From assembly GCA_963807635.1 (NCBI GenBank), contig CAWEDJ010000041.1, positions 39,130 to 103,129 of the forward strand: a stretch of DNA of 64,000 nt, read 5' to 3'. How positions within the stretch are numbered: position 1 is the stretch's first letter; each line of letters begins with the position of its first letter. The position numbers and the translations under genes were made by a program. The stretch is from an uncultured cyanobacterium. GTDB lineage: Bacteria > Cyanobacteriota > Cyanobacteriia > Cyanobacteriales > Microcystaceae. This document shows positions 13,267 to 23,907 of the stretch, in pieces. The notes beneath the pieces were generated by a model. The model had not been told where the DNA came from. It was given only the letters and a program-made list of their open reading frames with translations, and did not search any database.

Positions 13267-14354
13267 CTTTCTTGCAAAATATCTTGCAAAATTTCTGTCG
13301 TCACTTCATCGGTAATAATCACTTTGCCGATCGCCGTTGGCAAAATAAAGCGCACCTTACCCGCCTTCACTTTTTTATCGGTTTGTAAAATATCAATAAT
13401 GGTGTTGGGGTCTAAATGACTGGGAATTTGCGTCGGTAAACCTGTTTTTTCAATTAAAGCCCTTTGTCGCTGGGCATCTTTTTCGTTCCATAACCCCATT
13501 TTTACCGCAATTTTTCCCGCCGCCACCATGCCGATCGCCACCGCTTCCCCGTGATTCACCTGGCTATAACCCGTCAAACTTTCCACCGCATGACCAAGGG
13601 TGTGACCGTAGTTCAAAATTGCTCGAATACCTGATTCTTTTTCATCCTGGCTCACCACATCCACCTTGGCTTGACAGGAACGAGTAATAATAATTTCTAG
13701 CAAAGAGTCGGGTAAATCCGTTAAATTTTTCAGACTTTTTGCCTGTTCCAATTGCTCAAATAAATCCGCATCCCAAATAATGCCATATTTAATCACCTCA
13801 GCCATTCCTGCCCGAAATTCCCTTTCTGGTAAGGTTTTCAAGACCAACGGATCAATGAATACCAAACGCGGTTGATAAAATGCCCCGATCAGATTTTTAC
13901 CTTGGGGATGATTAACTCCTGTTTTTCCTCCAATAGACGCATCTACCATCGCCAAAAGAGTCGTAGGAACCTGGACAAAATTGATGCCCCGTAGCCAAGA
14001 GGACGCGGCAAATCCCGTCATATCCCCCACCACTCCACCACCCAAGGCAACCATCGTCGAAGAGCGTTCTAGGCGTTTTTCTAGGGCTTTATCGTAAATT
14101 TTGGCGATCGCCTCTAGGGTTTTATGGGTTTCCCCCGCAGGAATGAGATGAACCGAGACTTGAAATCCTGACTGTTGGAGGGAATTGAGGGCAATCTCTC
14201 CATAATGCTCAAAAATCTCAGCGTTAGAAAGGAGGAGAATTTTCTTGCCCAGTTTTAATGTCGCTAAATAATTGCCTAATTTAGACAAATTTCCATGATT
14301 AGTGACAATCTCGTAAGGACTTTGGGGCAGAGGAACAGAAATAACAGAAGTCAT
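13263..14354 (-). CDS. aroB: 3-dehydroquinate synthase
   Basis: [34 protein letters not shown]. Confidence 0.97.
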   Translation of the reverse strand: MTSVISVPLPQSPYEIVTNHGNLSKLGNYLATLKLGKKILLLSNAEIFEHYGEIALNSLQQSGFQVSVHLIPAGETHKTLEAIAKIYDKALEKRLERSSTMVALGGGVVGDMTGFAASSWLRGINFVQVPTTLLAMVDASIGGKTGVNHPQGKNLIGAFYQPRLVFIDPLVLKTLPEREFRAGMAEVIKYGIIWDADLFEQLEQAKSLKNLTDLPDSLLEIIITRSCQAKVDVVSQDEKESGIRAILNYGHTLGHAVESLTGYSQVNHGEAVAIGMVAAGKIAVKMGLWNEKDAQRQRALIEKTGLPTQIPSHLDPNTIIDILQTDKKVKAGKVRFILPTAIGKVIITDEVTTEILQDILQES

Positions 14355-14431
14355 AAATTAGGCGATCGCTTCAAGTAAGATAGAAAGTACAATAGCAAAG
14401 AATTGATTTTTGTTAAAAGAGGTTTACGTTT

Positions 14432-14530
14432 ATGGCTGCTGGTGTTGGTGCTTTTTTCGCCTATTTGATCGTTTTTACGGGAATTACTCTCGGTTTAATG
14501 TACGGGTTACGTGCCGCAAAAATTATCTAA
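14432..14530 (+). CDS. petL: cytochrome b6-f complex subunit PetL (not in the ORF track)
   Basis: MAAGVGAFFAYLIVFTGITLGLMYGLRAAKII, 32 aa single TM helix, AGAGG RBS, divergent from aroB. Confidence 0.9.
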   Translation: MAAGVGAFFAYLIVFTGITLGLMYGLRAAKII

Positions 14531-14659
14531 TCGTTAAAGTTAAACGAAGGGCGATCGCCATGCTTAACCGAGAAATCAGGAAGTGGGCGATCGTTTTCTT
14601 ATAAAGTAGTCTGTTTAATGGCTTAAATGACGAATTATTAAGTCTTTAAAACTGGTCGC

Positions 14660-14696
14660 AAACGATGCAACCAAAAACCCAAACCAAATGCGATCG
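14660..14696. repeat. 37-bp direct repeat, copy 1 (orphan copy of a gene 3' end)
   Basis: AAACGATGCAACCAAAAACCCAAACCAAATGCGATCG, identical to 19635-19671. Confidence 0.9.
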
Positions 14697-14886
14697 TCAA
14701 AACGACAATTTATTTGGAAAAACTTTGGCAGTTTTATTGGTATAGAAAGTCATTATGATAACAAAATTTAGTTATCTTTGAATGATACTATATTTTTCAT
14801 GACATAGTTTTTTGAATGATTTTTCCGTTGATATAGTGACCTTTTTTATCTACAGGTGATCGTGTTTTTACCAAAATCTAACTATA

Positions 14887-15462
14887 TTAGACCTCTATCG
14901 GTTGACGTATAGATTGAAGAAATTCAATAATTTCTTGTATTATTTTTGTATTGCGTAAAGTTTCAATATCTTCTTTTTTTAGTTGATAAATAAATTGATT
15001 GACAACGAGTTTTTTAGGGCGAGGTAACAACTCTTCTAGTATTTTTTTTGCTTTTTGGGGCTGAGAAATGGCTAACTCAAAAATAGAATTAGGTACATTA
15101 AAATCCATAAAATCCATGATTTTTGAAAATAAACAGGCATCTTCAAAGAAAATGGATTCGATAGTAGGAACAGCAAGAATCACTTTAATGGGAGTATCTA
15201 CTGCCACACCCTCAACAATTTCTTGTATTTCTTGAGTTCGTTCTTGGATAAATTTTTGATCCGTTGAATCGGCATCAACGACAATTACAACAGGAATCTG
15301 CTGTCGAACAACAAGAGAACGGGCGAACGATTTAACTGCTGATAAACCTCCAGCCGCAATAATACCAACTTCATTGAGTAAATGTTGAGGAATTATCGCT
15401 TTCAAAAGTTGAACATTAGAATCCCCTTCAGTAATAATATAAGCAATCATAAAACACCTCAT
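14887..15462 (-). CDS. TOPRIM-like hypothetical protein
   Basis: IITEGDS, AAGG and VVDADS motifs; true start may be 15450. Confidence 0.6.
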   Translation of the reverse strand: MRCFMIAYIITEGDSNVQLLKAIIPQHLLNEVGIIAAGGLSAVKSFARSLVVRQQIPVVIVVDADSTDQKFIQERTQEIQEIVEGVAVDTPIKVILAVPTIESIFFEDACLFSKIMDFMDFNVPNSIFELAISQPQKAKKILEELLPRPKKLVVNQFIYQLKKEDIETLRNTKIIQEIIEFLQSIRQPIEV

Positions 15463-15616
15463 TTTATAATTTCACTATCAGCTCTAAGGTCATAATCAGG
15501 AAGACCTTGTTCTACGCATACACGATATTTAGGGCTTGCTGAAAAAGTCAAAAAACAGGAAGAGGGGATTAATTTATGAATTTAAGGCGAGTAAAACATA
15601 AGGGTTAAATGAATTG

Positions 15617-16975
15617 TCAACACAAAGCATAAGCTGGGCTAATAAGAGGGCAGAAAAATAAGCTCTTCTTCCGAAAAAGACAAAAAAAACGTAAAACCTG
15701 CCGAAGCAGGGCAAAAAGATTGATGACTAAAAAGGTGATAGCAATAGCGGTTTCAGAGGTATCAGGAAGTTTTGTCATAACTCGATTGAGGCTAAATCGT
15801 CTCTTTGCTTGACCAAATTTGCCTTCAATAGCATTACGGTCTCTTTCATCTTGAAGAGCTTCTTTCTTTTTTTCTGGACTAATATTTGTGGGTCGTCTTC
15901 CCAAGGGTGGGCCACTCAATCGAATTCCCTTCTCCTTACAAAAAGCGCGATTTTCCCTTGTGCGATAGATTGCATCAGCATGAACAGACTGGGGATAGTA
16001 GCCTGTCTCACGTTTAAACTCTTCTATTTGTCCTTTGAAGTCGCCTGATTCATTATAATTATCCCAACTTAATCGGTATAAATAAAGATATCCATTCACA
16101 TAACTTGCTGATAGTTTTGCACCAAACTCTACTGGCGTTCCCGCTTTTCCTCTAACAATGGGACGAACATGAGGTTGAGTCAAACTCACAATTCTATTTT
16201 CTACCTTATTTTCTTTATTTTCATACATTCCTACTTGTTGCTCATAGGCTTTTTGTATTATCGACAGTATCTTTTCGTCTTTTTTACTTAATTTTGCGAC
16301 CTCTTTATCTTCTCTTAATTTTTCTATATGGGAAAGGTTTCTTTTGATATATTGGATTTGTTTTTTTATGCCCTTTCTCCTTTCTTTTCTCGACGGACGG
16401 CGTTTTTTTGACAATTTTAAGTAATCTTTTCTGGCTCTTATTCTATAGGTTCTTGGTTTTTTTCCTTTTTTTTTAGTTTTTTTATACAAGTTGTCTATTA
16501 TTTTTTCGGTTTTTTCTCTTGCCTCATTCAAGATTCCTATATCTGTTGGATATTTGATGTCTGCTGGTGCACAGGTTGCATCTATTAATAGCTTTCCTCT
16601 ATTCTGATTTTCCCCTTCACTTTTTTCTTTTACTTCTGATAATATTTCTTCTTCTTTTTTTACCATTGCTTTATTTATTTGATTCACCAAGTCCATTCCT
16701 ATTCTTTGACGGAAATGTACTAACAGTGACGCATCAAATGCCTCCTCATTTTCATATACTTCTAGTCCTATAAAATATTGTAAGTAAGGGTTTTCTTTTA
16801 TTTGTTCTACTGTTTCTCGGTCACTTATTCTCAATATTTCTTTTATTATTAATGACCCTAATGCCATCCTAAATGGTTTGGCTGTCGCTCCTTTATTTTC
16901 TGAAAATTGTTTTGCATATTCTTCTTCAAATTCCTCCCACGGAATTATTTTTGACATGATTAAGCTGTTGAGCAT
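15617..16975 (-). CDS. IS5-family transposase with replaced N-terminus
   Basis: DDE motifs LLIDAT, HADAIY, AIEGKFG; first residues MLNSL come from the IS630 end. Confidence 0.8.
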   Translation of the reverse strand: MLNSLIMSKIIPWEEFEEEYAKQFSENKGATAKPFRMALGSLIIKEILRISDRETVEQIKENPYLQYFIGLEVYENEEAFDASLLVHFRQRIGMDLVNQINKAMVKKEEEILSEVKEKSEGENQNRGKLLIDATCAPADIKYPTDIGILNEAREKTEKIIDNLYKKTKKKGKKPRTYRIRARKDYLKLSKKRRPSRKERRKGIKKQIQYIKRNLSHIEKLREDKEVAKLSKKDEKILSIIQKAYEQQVGMYENKENKVENRIVSLTQPHVRPIVRGKAGTPVEFGAKLSASYVNGYLYLYRLSWDNYNESGDFKGQIEEFKRETGYYPQSVHADAIYRTRENRAFCKEKGIRLSGPPLGRRPTNISPEKKKEALQDERDRNAIEGKFGQAKRRFSLNRVMTKLPDTSETAIAITFLVINLFALLRQVLRFFCLFRKKSLFFCPLISPAYALC

Positions 16976-18140
16976 TTAAACTGCATTGACAGCGTTACCC
17001 TTGTTTTTTAGCTTCCGCCCCCAATTTATAACTAGCTCCCCCTCATTTAGTAATCGGTTAAGGAGTTCTTCTAGTTCTTCTATTGACTTAAATAGACGGT
17101 TTGCAATAAACTCTTTCGCTGAATGCCATACCAACTCTATTAAGTTATAGTCTGGACTATATTCTGGTAAAAACTCTATTATTAAATTCGGCATTTTCTC
17201 TTTTATTTTCTCTAGAAACTCTTTCTTTTTATGAATACTTGCATTATCTAATATAACCAGTATTTTTGGCCCGTTAATTTCAAACTCTTCTATTTTATTA
17301 CCATTTTCTGACCATTCTATTTTTATGTCTTCATAAAACCCTTCCAACACTTTAAAGAAGTTTTCTCCTGTTCCTTTTTCTAGAAATTCTACTCGTGTTT
17401 TTTTATCTGAAAGTCTCAATGCTCCCATTACATTTACTCTTCCTTTTCTTCTATTTCCCTTCACTTTCTTTCTTTTTCCTTTTTTGCTCCAATTTTTTCG
17501 TCTTAACACCCTCAAACCGAACCCAGATTCATCCCAAAACCATATCTGGAGACGCTCTGGCGACTCTTTTGCTATTTTTAAATATTTATCAAATTTTTCC
17601 TTAAATAGCTTTCTTTTCTCTGGGTCTTGGCTTTCTTCTAAGCTATATTTTGCCCAAATATACACATACTTTTTTGATTTTAATATTCTTCTTACTTGAC
17701 TTCCACTTAACTTTATTCCTGTCTCTCTTTCTAAATATTTTGCTAATCTTTGTGCTGTCCATCTCCCAAATTCGTAACCTAATTCTTCGGGGTCTTTATC
17801 TATTACCTCCAAAAGTTTATTAACATATTCTGGAGTCGCTTTTTGATAATTCCCTTCCATTCTTTTATCTTTTAGGCTTTCCAGGTTATTGGCATCTCCA
17901 TGAACACACCAATAGGCTATCTTTCTTAATGAGCATCCTACAAAATCTGCTATTTCTTGTTGAGTTTTACCATCATTTTGTAATAATAATATCAGGATTC
18001 TCTCCCTGATATCTGGATGTTCATTATATTTCAGTTCGTTTTGTAGTTTCTGTTTTTCATCCGTTTTTAGATGATTTTTTACTGGCATGACTTTTCTCCT
18101 TTTTTACTTTCATTATATGCTATTTAAATGACTAACAGCT
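16963..18140 (-). mobile_element. IS630-family element (1178 bp)
   Basis: IRs AGCTGTTGAGCATTTAAA / TTTAAATGACTAACAGCT; TA duplicated at 16961-62 and 18141-42. Confidence 0.95.
16976..18088 (-). CDS. IS630-family transposase
   Basis: HTH region, WDESG, LDNAS, YSPDYNLIE DDE motifs. Confidence 0.95.
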   Translation of the reverse strand: MPVKNHLKTDEKQKLQNELKYNEHPDIRERILILLLQNDGKTQQEIADFVGCSLRKIAYWCVHGDANNLESLKDKRMEGNYQKATPEYVNKLLEVIDKDPEELGYEFGRWTAQRLAKYLERETGIKLSGSQVRRILKSKKYVYIWAKYSLEESQDPEKRKLFKEKFDKYLKIAKESPERLQIWFWDESGFGLRVLRRKNWSKKGKRKKVKGNRRKGRVNVMGALRLSDKKTRVEFLEKGTGENFFKVLEGFYEDIKIEWSENGNKIEEFEINGPKILVILDNASIHKKKEFLEKIKEKMPNLIIEFLPEYSPDYNLIELVWHSAKEFIANRLFKSIEELEELLNRLLNEGELVINWGRKLKNKGNAVNAV

Positions 18141-18931
18141 TACCCAACGATTTTCTTCTTTTGGCTTCCACTCACTTGGTATTTTGAAGTTTTCAACAGT
18201 CGATTTTTCGGATTCTTTTTTGGGGTACATCGTTCAATGCTCTGGAAGGGGAGGGGTGCAAGCCTTTTCACTCATTTTAGACCTTTTTTTTGCACTTTTT
18301 TTGCTCTCTAAATCCCCTCATCTCTTTTCTTATAAGGCTTTCAGCTTTTTTCAGCAAGCTCTATTTAAGAAGCAAAAATTGACAGATTTTTTGATGATCT
18401 AAAGCATATTTTATTTCTTCTCCATTCCATAATAAAATGGCTCGAGGTAGAGCAAAACAAGAAAGATGACGGGCTGGATTGGTAAAGCCTGAGCTAGAGC
18501 TACTAAAAACTAAACCTATTGTACCTGCTGGACGACGCAAAAGTTGATTACGCAACTTAGCAATTGGTTCCACATTGATAGCTTGATTTCCATAATCTTT
18601 ACTTTCAACTAAACAAGAAAGATGAGAAAAATGAATTGCTCCGTCAATTTGTTCAACTTCTTCTCCAAATAATCGAACGGGATAGGGCCAAGTGATATCT
18701 GCACCATCCAGTTGAAAAGCTCGTAATACCAAATATTCAAAAGCTTTACCTGGAGGCCGATCCTGGAGTATCTCGATTCTCAATCTGCTCCCACAATGTT
18801 CGTAATTCATTCCATTGAAGTGATTGAATCCTATTCTCATATTCTCTTGTTACAGACAATCTTAATTCTCCTATTAATCGCGCTTAAATTACCTATTTTA
18901 ATATAATAAGGTTAGATACAATAAATCATAA

Positions 18932-19585
18932 ATGTTTGCCTATTTAGACCAAATAGAAGAAAAAATGACATCAGTAGCAATTTCCGAAACTATCACCACG
19001 ATCGCCAAAGCCGAAAAGCGATTTAATCTTCATCGTAGCCCCTCCAAGGATTTTTTCACGGAATGGACTTCTTCCCTGTCCAAAATATCCGACAGTGATC
19101 AGACTGAGATAGATACCCTCTGGCAACGCTATATCTATCATCGCTCAGGAGGTCACCTCTTAGAAAATACCGTCATGCTCTTGCTCGTTTCCCCTCTATT
19201 AACGATCGCAGGCTTTTATGATCCTCCCTTTCGCATTAAAGCAGAAGAATCCGTCCGCATAACTGTTTCTGATAGCGAAGAAACTTTACAGGGAAGAATT
19301 GATTTATTGATTTTATGCGATCGCCTCTGGGTCATTGTTTTAGAATCAAAAAAGACGATGCTTTCAGTTTGGTGTGCCGTTCCCCAAGCTCTTTGCTATG
19401 CAATGGCTAACCCTGACAAAGATCGTCCTATTTTTGCAATGTTAACCAATGGAGATGATATTTTATTTATCAAAATTCAGAACAAAGAATATGCTTTCTC
19501 GCGTATTTTTTCTCCTTTTTCATCGAAGATAGATCTTGAAAATTCTCTACAAACTTTATGCCAAATTAATCAAGTTGTTCAATAG
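18932..19585 (+). CDS. cyanobacterial PD-(D/E)xK protein (HsdR N-terminal-like)
   Basis: E...GRID...ESKK...PQ..Y...LTNG pattern. Confidence 0.75.
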   Translation: MFAYLDQIEEKMTSVAISETITTIAKAEKRFNLHRSPSKDFFTEWTSSLSKISDSDQTEIDTLWQRYIYHRSGGHLLENTVMLLLVSPLLTIAGFYDPPFRIKAEESVRITVSDSEETLQGRIDLLILCDRLWVIVLESKKTMLSVWCAVPQALCYAMANPDKDRPIFAMLTNGDDILFIKIQNKEYAFSRIFSPFSSKIDLENSLQTLCQINQVVQ

Positions 19586-19606
19586 CAAAAAATGCGATCA
19601 TCGTGA

Positions 19607-20754
19607 TTATCTCTTCATTGTCGAAACTGCTTGTAAACGATGCAACCAAAAACCCAAACCAAATGCGATCGCCAAAGTAAAGAGCATATAACCCAGACTA
19701 ATTAAACGAGTAAATAGGGGCGGATGAATTGCCTCGACTTCAATCGCTTTTCCGATTTGTAACGGTTGACTTTTACTCGCAATATTGGGCGAAATAGTGA
19801 CAGTCAGTTCATGGGGAGAACCATCAAAAAATTGTTGTTGCCAACGAAATTGCCCTTGACTATCTGTTTCAGCTTGAGTGGCAAAAATTACTAGATTATT
19901 TTCTAATTGGTTAGCTTTAATTCTTAGCGATAAATTACTAATCGGTTTTTGAGTTTGAGTATTTATCGCTTTTATTTGAAAATTGTTTAACTGTCCCACC
20001 GTTGCACTTTCTTCTCCCAACAGTTGGATGATTGAGTCTGTTATTTCACCTTGATCATTCAGGGTATCTGATATTTCTGATTGATGATTTTCATGCTCGG
20101 AATGGGAAGATCCGACTTCGGCTGTAATACAAATAAATAATAAGGTGGCGATCGTCACAATGATTGCACTACTTAATAATAAGCGGACTCGTTGGGGCAC
20201 GACTTCTCCTGCTTGTAAACTTTCTCCTGCCCCAATAATCCAACCCCCACCGAAACCTATGAATAGTAATAAGACTAATAAAATTACATAATTACGATAT
20301 TTAATTTCATTTTCAGAAACAGACAAGGATAGGTTTTGTTGAAATGGTTGAAAGCTATCGGCGATCAGGGGATTAACTTCTAATTTAAACGTGTAATTTC
20401 CCCGAATGGGCAGGATTTGTTGAAATTGTAATTCTCCTGTTTTGCTCGGTTGGCTAATGTCTAACAGTGTTGTTCCTTCTACCCAGGGAAAATCTGTGGA
20501 AAACCAGGGCGATCGCGGTGGCGTTAACAAAGTTAGATGAATATTGGCATTATTTAAAGCTTTACCTGTTTTATCTAGAGTTTTTAGGGTAAAATGAACG
20601 GTTTTTTCTGCTAAAGCCGAATTTGTTCCAGCGCAGGTTCAGTCAATAGTTGCACAGACGGCTGAGACGATTGGGAAAAAACGCGATCGCCACTATAAAA
20701 ACGGCTCATCAGACAAATAACGCCGACGAGCAAAGCAAGTTTAAAATATTTCAT
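19607..20754 (-). CDS. uncharacterised membrane protein with Ig-like periplasmic domains; frameshift near 20616
   Basis: signal peptide MKYFKLALLVGVIC from 20754 joins the 19607-20530 frame after a 1-nt correction; three TM segments; His-rich SHSEHENH. Confidence 0.7.
19635..19671. repeat. 37-bp direct repeat, copy 2 (inside the gene 3' end)
   Basis: identical to 14660-14696 and ends in a HIP1 site. Confidence 0.9.
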
Positions 20755-20892
20755 TGTTAATTGAACTAAAAAAGATAATAAGTTGTGAATAAAATACTCA
20801 CCTTAACGACAGCAAATTCCCCAGCATTGGGGGATTTACGTGGCAAAGAAATATTGTTTTTTAGTGTAGATATGGCTTAATGCTCAGACAAA

Positions 20893-21084
20893 TTAATGAC
20901 AAGAAACCGTTAAAGTATGGTGACGCAAAGAATGAACTTGATTGTGCATGGCAGGATAGGTTGTGAAATAAACCGTCCAGAGCGTTAATCCACAGAGAGA
21001 CAAATAAAGGGCAGACTGTACGGGAGTTGAAAGCGTCCAACGAACAGCCCGATCAGATAAATTAGAAAAAGCTTGAGTTGTCAT
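20893..21084 (-). CDS. cbtB: CbtB-like cobalt transporter subunit
   Basis: single TM helix then HNQVHSLRHH...CH tail; GAGG RBS; downstream of a B12 riboswitch. Confidence 0.8.
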   Translation of the reverse strand: MTTQAFSNLSDRAVRWTLSTPVQSALYLSLCGLTLWTVYFTTYPAMHNQVHSLRHHTLTVSCH

Positions 21085-21124
21085 CTTGTACCTCGCAGAT
21101 GAAAAATAAAGAGAACTGTTGAGC

Positions 21125-21252
21125 AAACTCGGCGGGCATCCTGGCTATTCAATCCTCAAAAATTATTGAATTACAGTTGCGGGACAGCGTTGGATTTGCA
21201 CCAATCTTTCCCCGTTACCTCTGATGACTGTTTCCCATCAGAACCGAATCCC
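21125..21252 (-). promoter_or_regulatory. cobalamin riboswitch
   Basis: minus strand GGGGAAAG..GGTGCAAATCC..GCTGTCCCGCAACTGTAA..AGCCAGGATGCCCGCC (B12 box elements). Confidence 0.92.
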
Positions 21253-21394
21253 ATCAGTATATCACCTCAATTCTCTCCTACTGAAATTCTTTGGTTAGTG
21301 ATAAATCCTTGCCCTGATTTTTGAATGGGGTTGCAACGTGGCAAAATGTTAAAGAGACATTAACTAAACACGCTGATTTATTAATCCACTGCCC

Positions 21395-22189
21395 ATGACT
21401 TCGGTTTCTGATTGTTTTCAATCCCTCCGTAATTCCCACCAATGCGCCCTGATTCCCTTCCTCACCGCAGGAGACCCCGATCTCGCCACCACTGCTAAAG
21501 CTCTACGAATTTTAGACAAAGCAGGGGCAGATTTGATTGAATTAGGAGTTCCCTATTCCGATCCCTTAGCTGATGGGCCTGTCATTCAAGCCGCCGCAAC
21601 TCGTGCCTTGGGTCATGGGGTGAAGTTAGAAGATGTTTTAGAAGTCGTGAAAGATGCTCAAGCCGATATTAAGGCTCCTATCATTCTTTTTACTTACTAC
21701 AATCCGATTTTTTATCGTGGTGTGGAATCGTTTCTCAAACAAATTGTGGAAGCGGGCGTGAAAGGATTGGTTGTGCCTGATTTACCCCTCGAAGAGTCGG
21801 AAAATTTGATTAAACCCGCCGCCGCTCTAGGAATTGATTTAACTCTCCTAATTGCGCCAACGAGTCCCATTGAACGTATTCAGGCGATCGCCAAACAATC
21901 CCAGGGTTTTATTTATTTAGTGAGTGTGACAGGGGTGACAGGAATCCGCAGTCAAGTAGCCACTAGGGTTGAAGAATTAATCGCCAAAATTCATGAAGTG
22001 ACGGATAAGCCCGTTGGAGTTGGTTTTGGTATTTCTCAACCCGAACAAGCCTTACAAATGAAGCAATGGGGAGCCGATGCGGTCATTGTAGGTAGTGCTT
22101 TCGTTAAACGCCTAGCGGAAGGATCTCCCGAAGAAGGATTAAAATCGATTGAGCTGTTCTGTCGTGAGTTAAAGGCTGCAATTATATAG
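21395..22189 (+). CDS. trpA: tryptophan synthase alpha chain
   Basis: [24 protein letters not shown]. Confidence 0.98.
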   Translation: MTSVSDCFQSLRNSHQCALIPFLTAGDPDLATTAKALRILDKAGADLIELGVPYSDPLADGPVIQAAATRALGHGVKLEDVLEVVKDAQADIKAPIILFTYYNPIFYRGVESFLKQIVEAGVKGLVVPDLPLEESENLIKPAAALGIDLTLLIAPTSPIERIQAIAKQSQGFIYLVSVTGVTGIRSQVATRVEELIAKIHEVTDKPVGVGFGISQPEQALQMKQWGADAVIVGSAFVKRLAEGSPEEGLKSIELFCRELKAAII

Positions 22190-22312
22190 GGGCGGCGATC
22201 GCCTAAAATCGACAACTTGAAAATTTTGGATATCCTATATAAGAGGATGATAATTTACATAAGCCAATTTTTTAATGCCCTGTTTAATTAAACGAAAGAT
22301 AAGGAGAGATTA

Positions 22313-22972
22313 ATGCCAGTAGGATTACCTGAATTTATCGAAAACCCAGAAAATCGTTGTCCTGTTATTTTATTATTAGATACTTCTCGTTCAATGTCTG
22401 GGCCCCCCATTGAGGAATTAAATCGGGGGTTAATGGCCTTTAAAGAAGATCTTTTGCGGGATACCCAGGCCTCTCTAAGTGTGGAAGTTGCGATTATTCA
22501 ATTCGGTAAAACGGTCAAGTTGGTTCAGGATTTTGTCACCGTTGATGAGTTTTCTCCTCCTAATCTGCGAGCAGATGGTTTAACCCCGATGGGACAGGCG
22601 ATCAATTACGCGCTAGATCTGTTGGAACAGAGGAAAACAACCTATAAAAGTAATGGAATTCAATATTATCGCCCTTGGGTTTTTATGATTACCGATGGAG
22701 CCCCGACAGATATGTGGAAAAACGCTTCCAAACGGTTACAAGAGGCTGAACAGGCTAATAAGTTATTGTTTTTTACCGCCGCCGTAGAAGGGGCTGATAT
22801 GGATACCCTCAGTTATATCACTCCACCCGCTCGCCCTCCTGTGATGCTTAATGGATTAGATTTTAGTTCTCTCTTTATCTGGTTGAGCGGTTCCATGAAG
22901 CGGGTTTCTAGTGGGAAAGTTGGGGATGTTATTGTGCTTCCTCCCGTTGGTTGGGGACAAATTACCACCTAG
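22313..22972 (+). CDS. vWA domain protein (TerY/YegL-like)
   Basis: DTSRSM MIDAS, YYRPWVFMITDGAPTD. Confidence 0.88.
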   Translation: MPVGLPEFIENPENRCPVILLLDTSRSMSGPPIEELNRGLMAFKEDLLRDTQASLSVEVAIIQFGKTVKLVQDFVTVDEFSPPNLRADGLTPMGQAINYALDLLEQRKTTYKSNGIQYYRPWVFMITDGAPTDMWKNASKRLQEAEQANKLLFFTAAVEGADMDTLSYITPPARPPVMLNGLDFSSLFIWLSGSMKRVSSGKVGDVIVLPPVGWGQITT

Positions 22973-22976
22973 TTCA

Positions 22977-23871
22977 ATGGCAATAGTCCAACGTTTATTT
23001 TGCGTCGGGTTGATGGGGTTAGGGTTAGCCAGTTGTGGAGATGGGCGATCGCCGATTGTATCTTCCCCATCGGTTAAACCGTCCCCCGCAGCATTGCCCA
23101 TTTATCAAGTGTATGAATTGCCCCACAGCAAGGTTCACACGTTGCGAATTCCTGTTCAGGGAAATTTTGAAGTCACGGTTGCGGTTTCTCCCAATTTAAG
23201 AACGGTTGCTGAATTTGCCGCTAAAAATCAGGCGATCGCGGCTCTCAATGGCGGCTTTTTCGATGCTCAAAATGAAAAAACAACGGCTTACCTGACTCAA
23301 AATGGTCAAATAGTCGGTAATCCCCAAGAGAATGAACGATTAACCCAAAATCCGAAACTTAAACCCTATTTATCTCAAATTTTTAATCGCAGTGAGTTCC
23401 GTCGTTATCAATGCGGCACAACCAACCGTTATGCGATCGCACCCCATGATGCCCCCATTCCCCCAAATTGCGAGTTGAAAGATGCGTTAGGCGGCGGCCC
23501 CTCGTTTGTTACCAACAATAACGGCGACGGAAGAAGGCTTTTGGGCAGAAAATCAAGGAAAAGTTATTCGAGATGCAATCACTCTGAAACAACGCAATGC
23601 TCGTACTGCGATCGGGATTACGTCATCGGGGGATTTGCTCTGGGTGATGGCGGCTCAAAAAAAGGAATTGGGGCAAAATTCGGGTTTATCTTTGCCAGAG
23701 TTAGCGGATTTTATGCGATCGCAGGGAATTCAAGACGCTTTGAACTTGGATGGAGGAAGTTCTTCGGGAATGTATTATCAGGGCAAAATATTTTTAGGTA
23801 AACTAACGGCAAAAGGTGAACCTGTGGTGCGATCGGTTAAGTCGGTTTTAGTGTTGCGATCGCGGTCTTAA
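22977..23871 (+). CDS. phosphodiester glycosidase (NAGPA-like) lipoprotein; frameshift near 23500
   Basis: LASC lipobox, NGGFF, ARTAIG, NLDGGSS. Confidence 0.85.
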
Positions 23872-23898
23872 AGTTTAGTCAACAAGATGACGGCGATC
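23856..23898. repeat. 43-bp HIP1-bounded direct repeat, copy 1
   Basis: GCGATCGCGGTCTTAAAGTTTAGTCAACAAGATGACGGCGATC; about 6 mismatches to 24861-24903. Confidence 0.75.
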
Positions 23899-23907
23899 AG
23901 ATTATTT

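Larger units (their letters stand above)
15531..18362 (-). mobile_element. IS5-family element, copy 1, carrying an IS630 insertion
   Basis: ends AGGGCTTGCTGAAAA / TTTTCAGCAAGCTCT; ATTT duplicated; 1652 bp once the IS630 and one TA are removed. Confidence 0.95.
15459..18860 (-). pseudogene. PD-(D/E)xK restriction-endonuclease-like (Mrr-cat-like) gene interrupted by IS5
   Basis: GKAFEY...QIDG...LVESKD; removing the IS joins ...FLLLK to YRVCVEQGLPDYDLRADSEIIK-stop at 15459; 5' frameshift near 18758. Confidence 0.75.

Noticed and set aside
14410..14604. 64-aa ORF in the track
   Set aside because: Off-frame shadow of petL
22313..22972. TerY-phosphatase-kinase (TerY-P) system
   Set aside because: vWA gene stands alone; no PP2C or kinase neighbours
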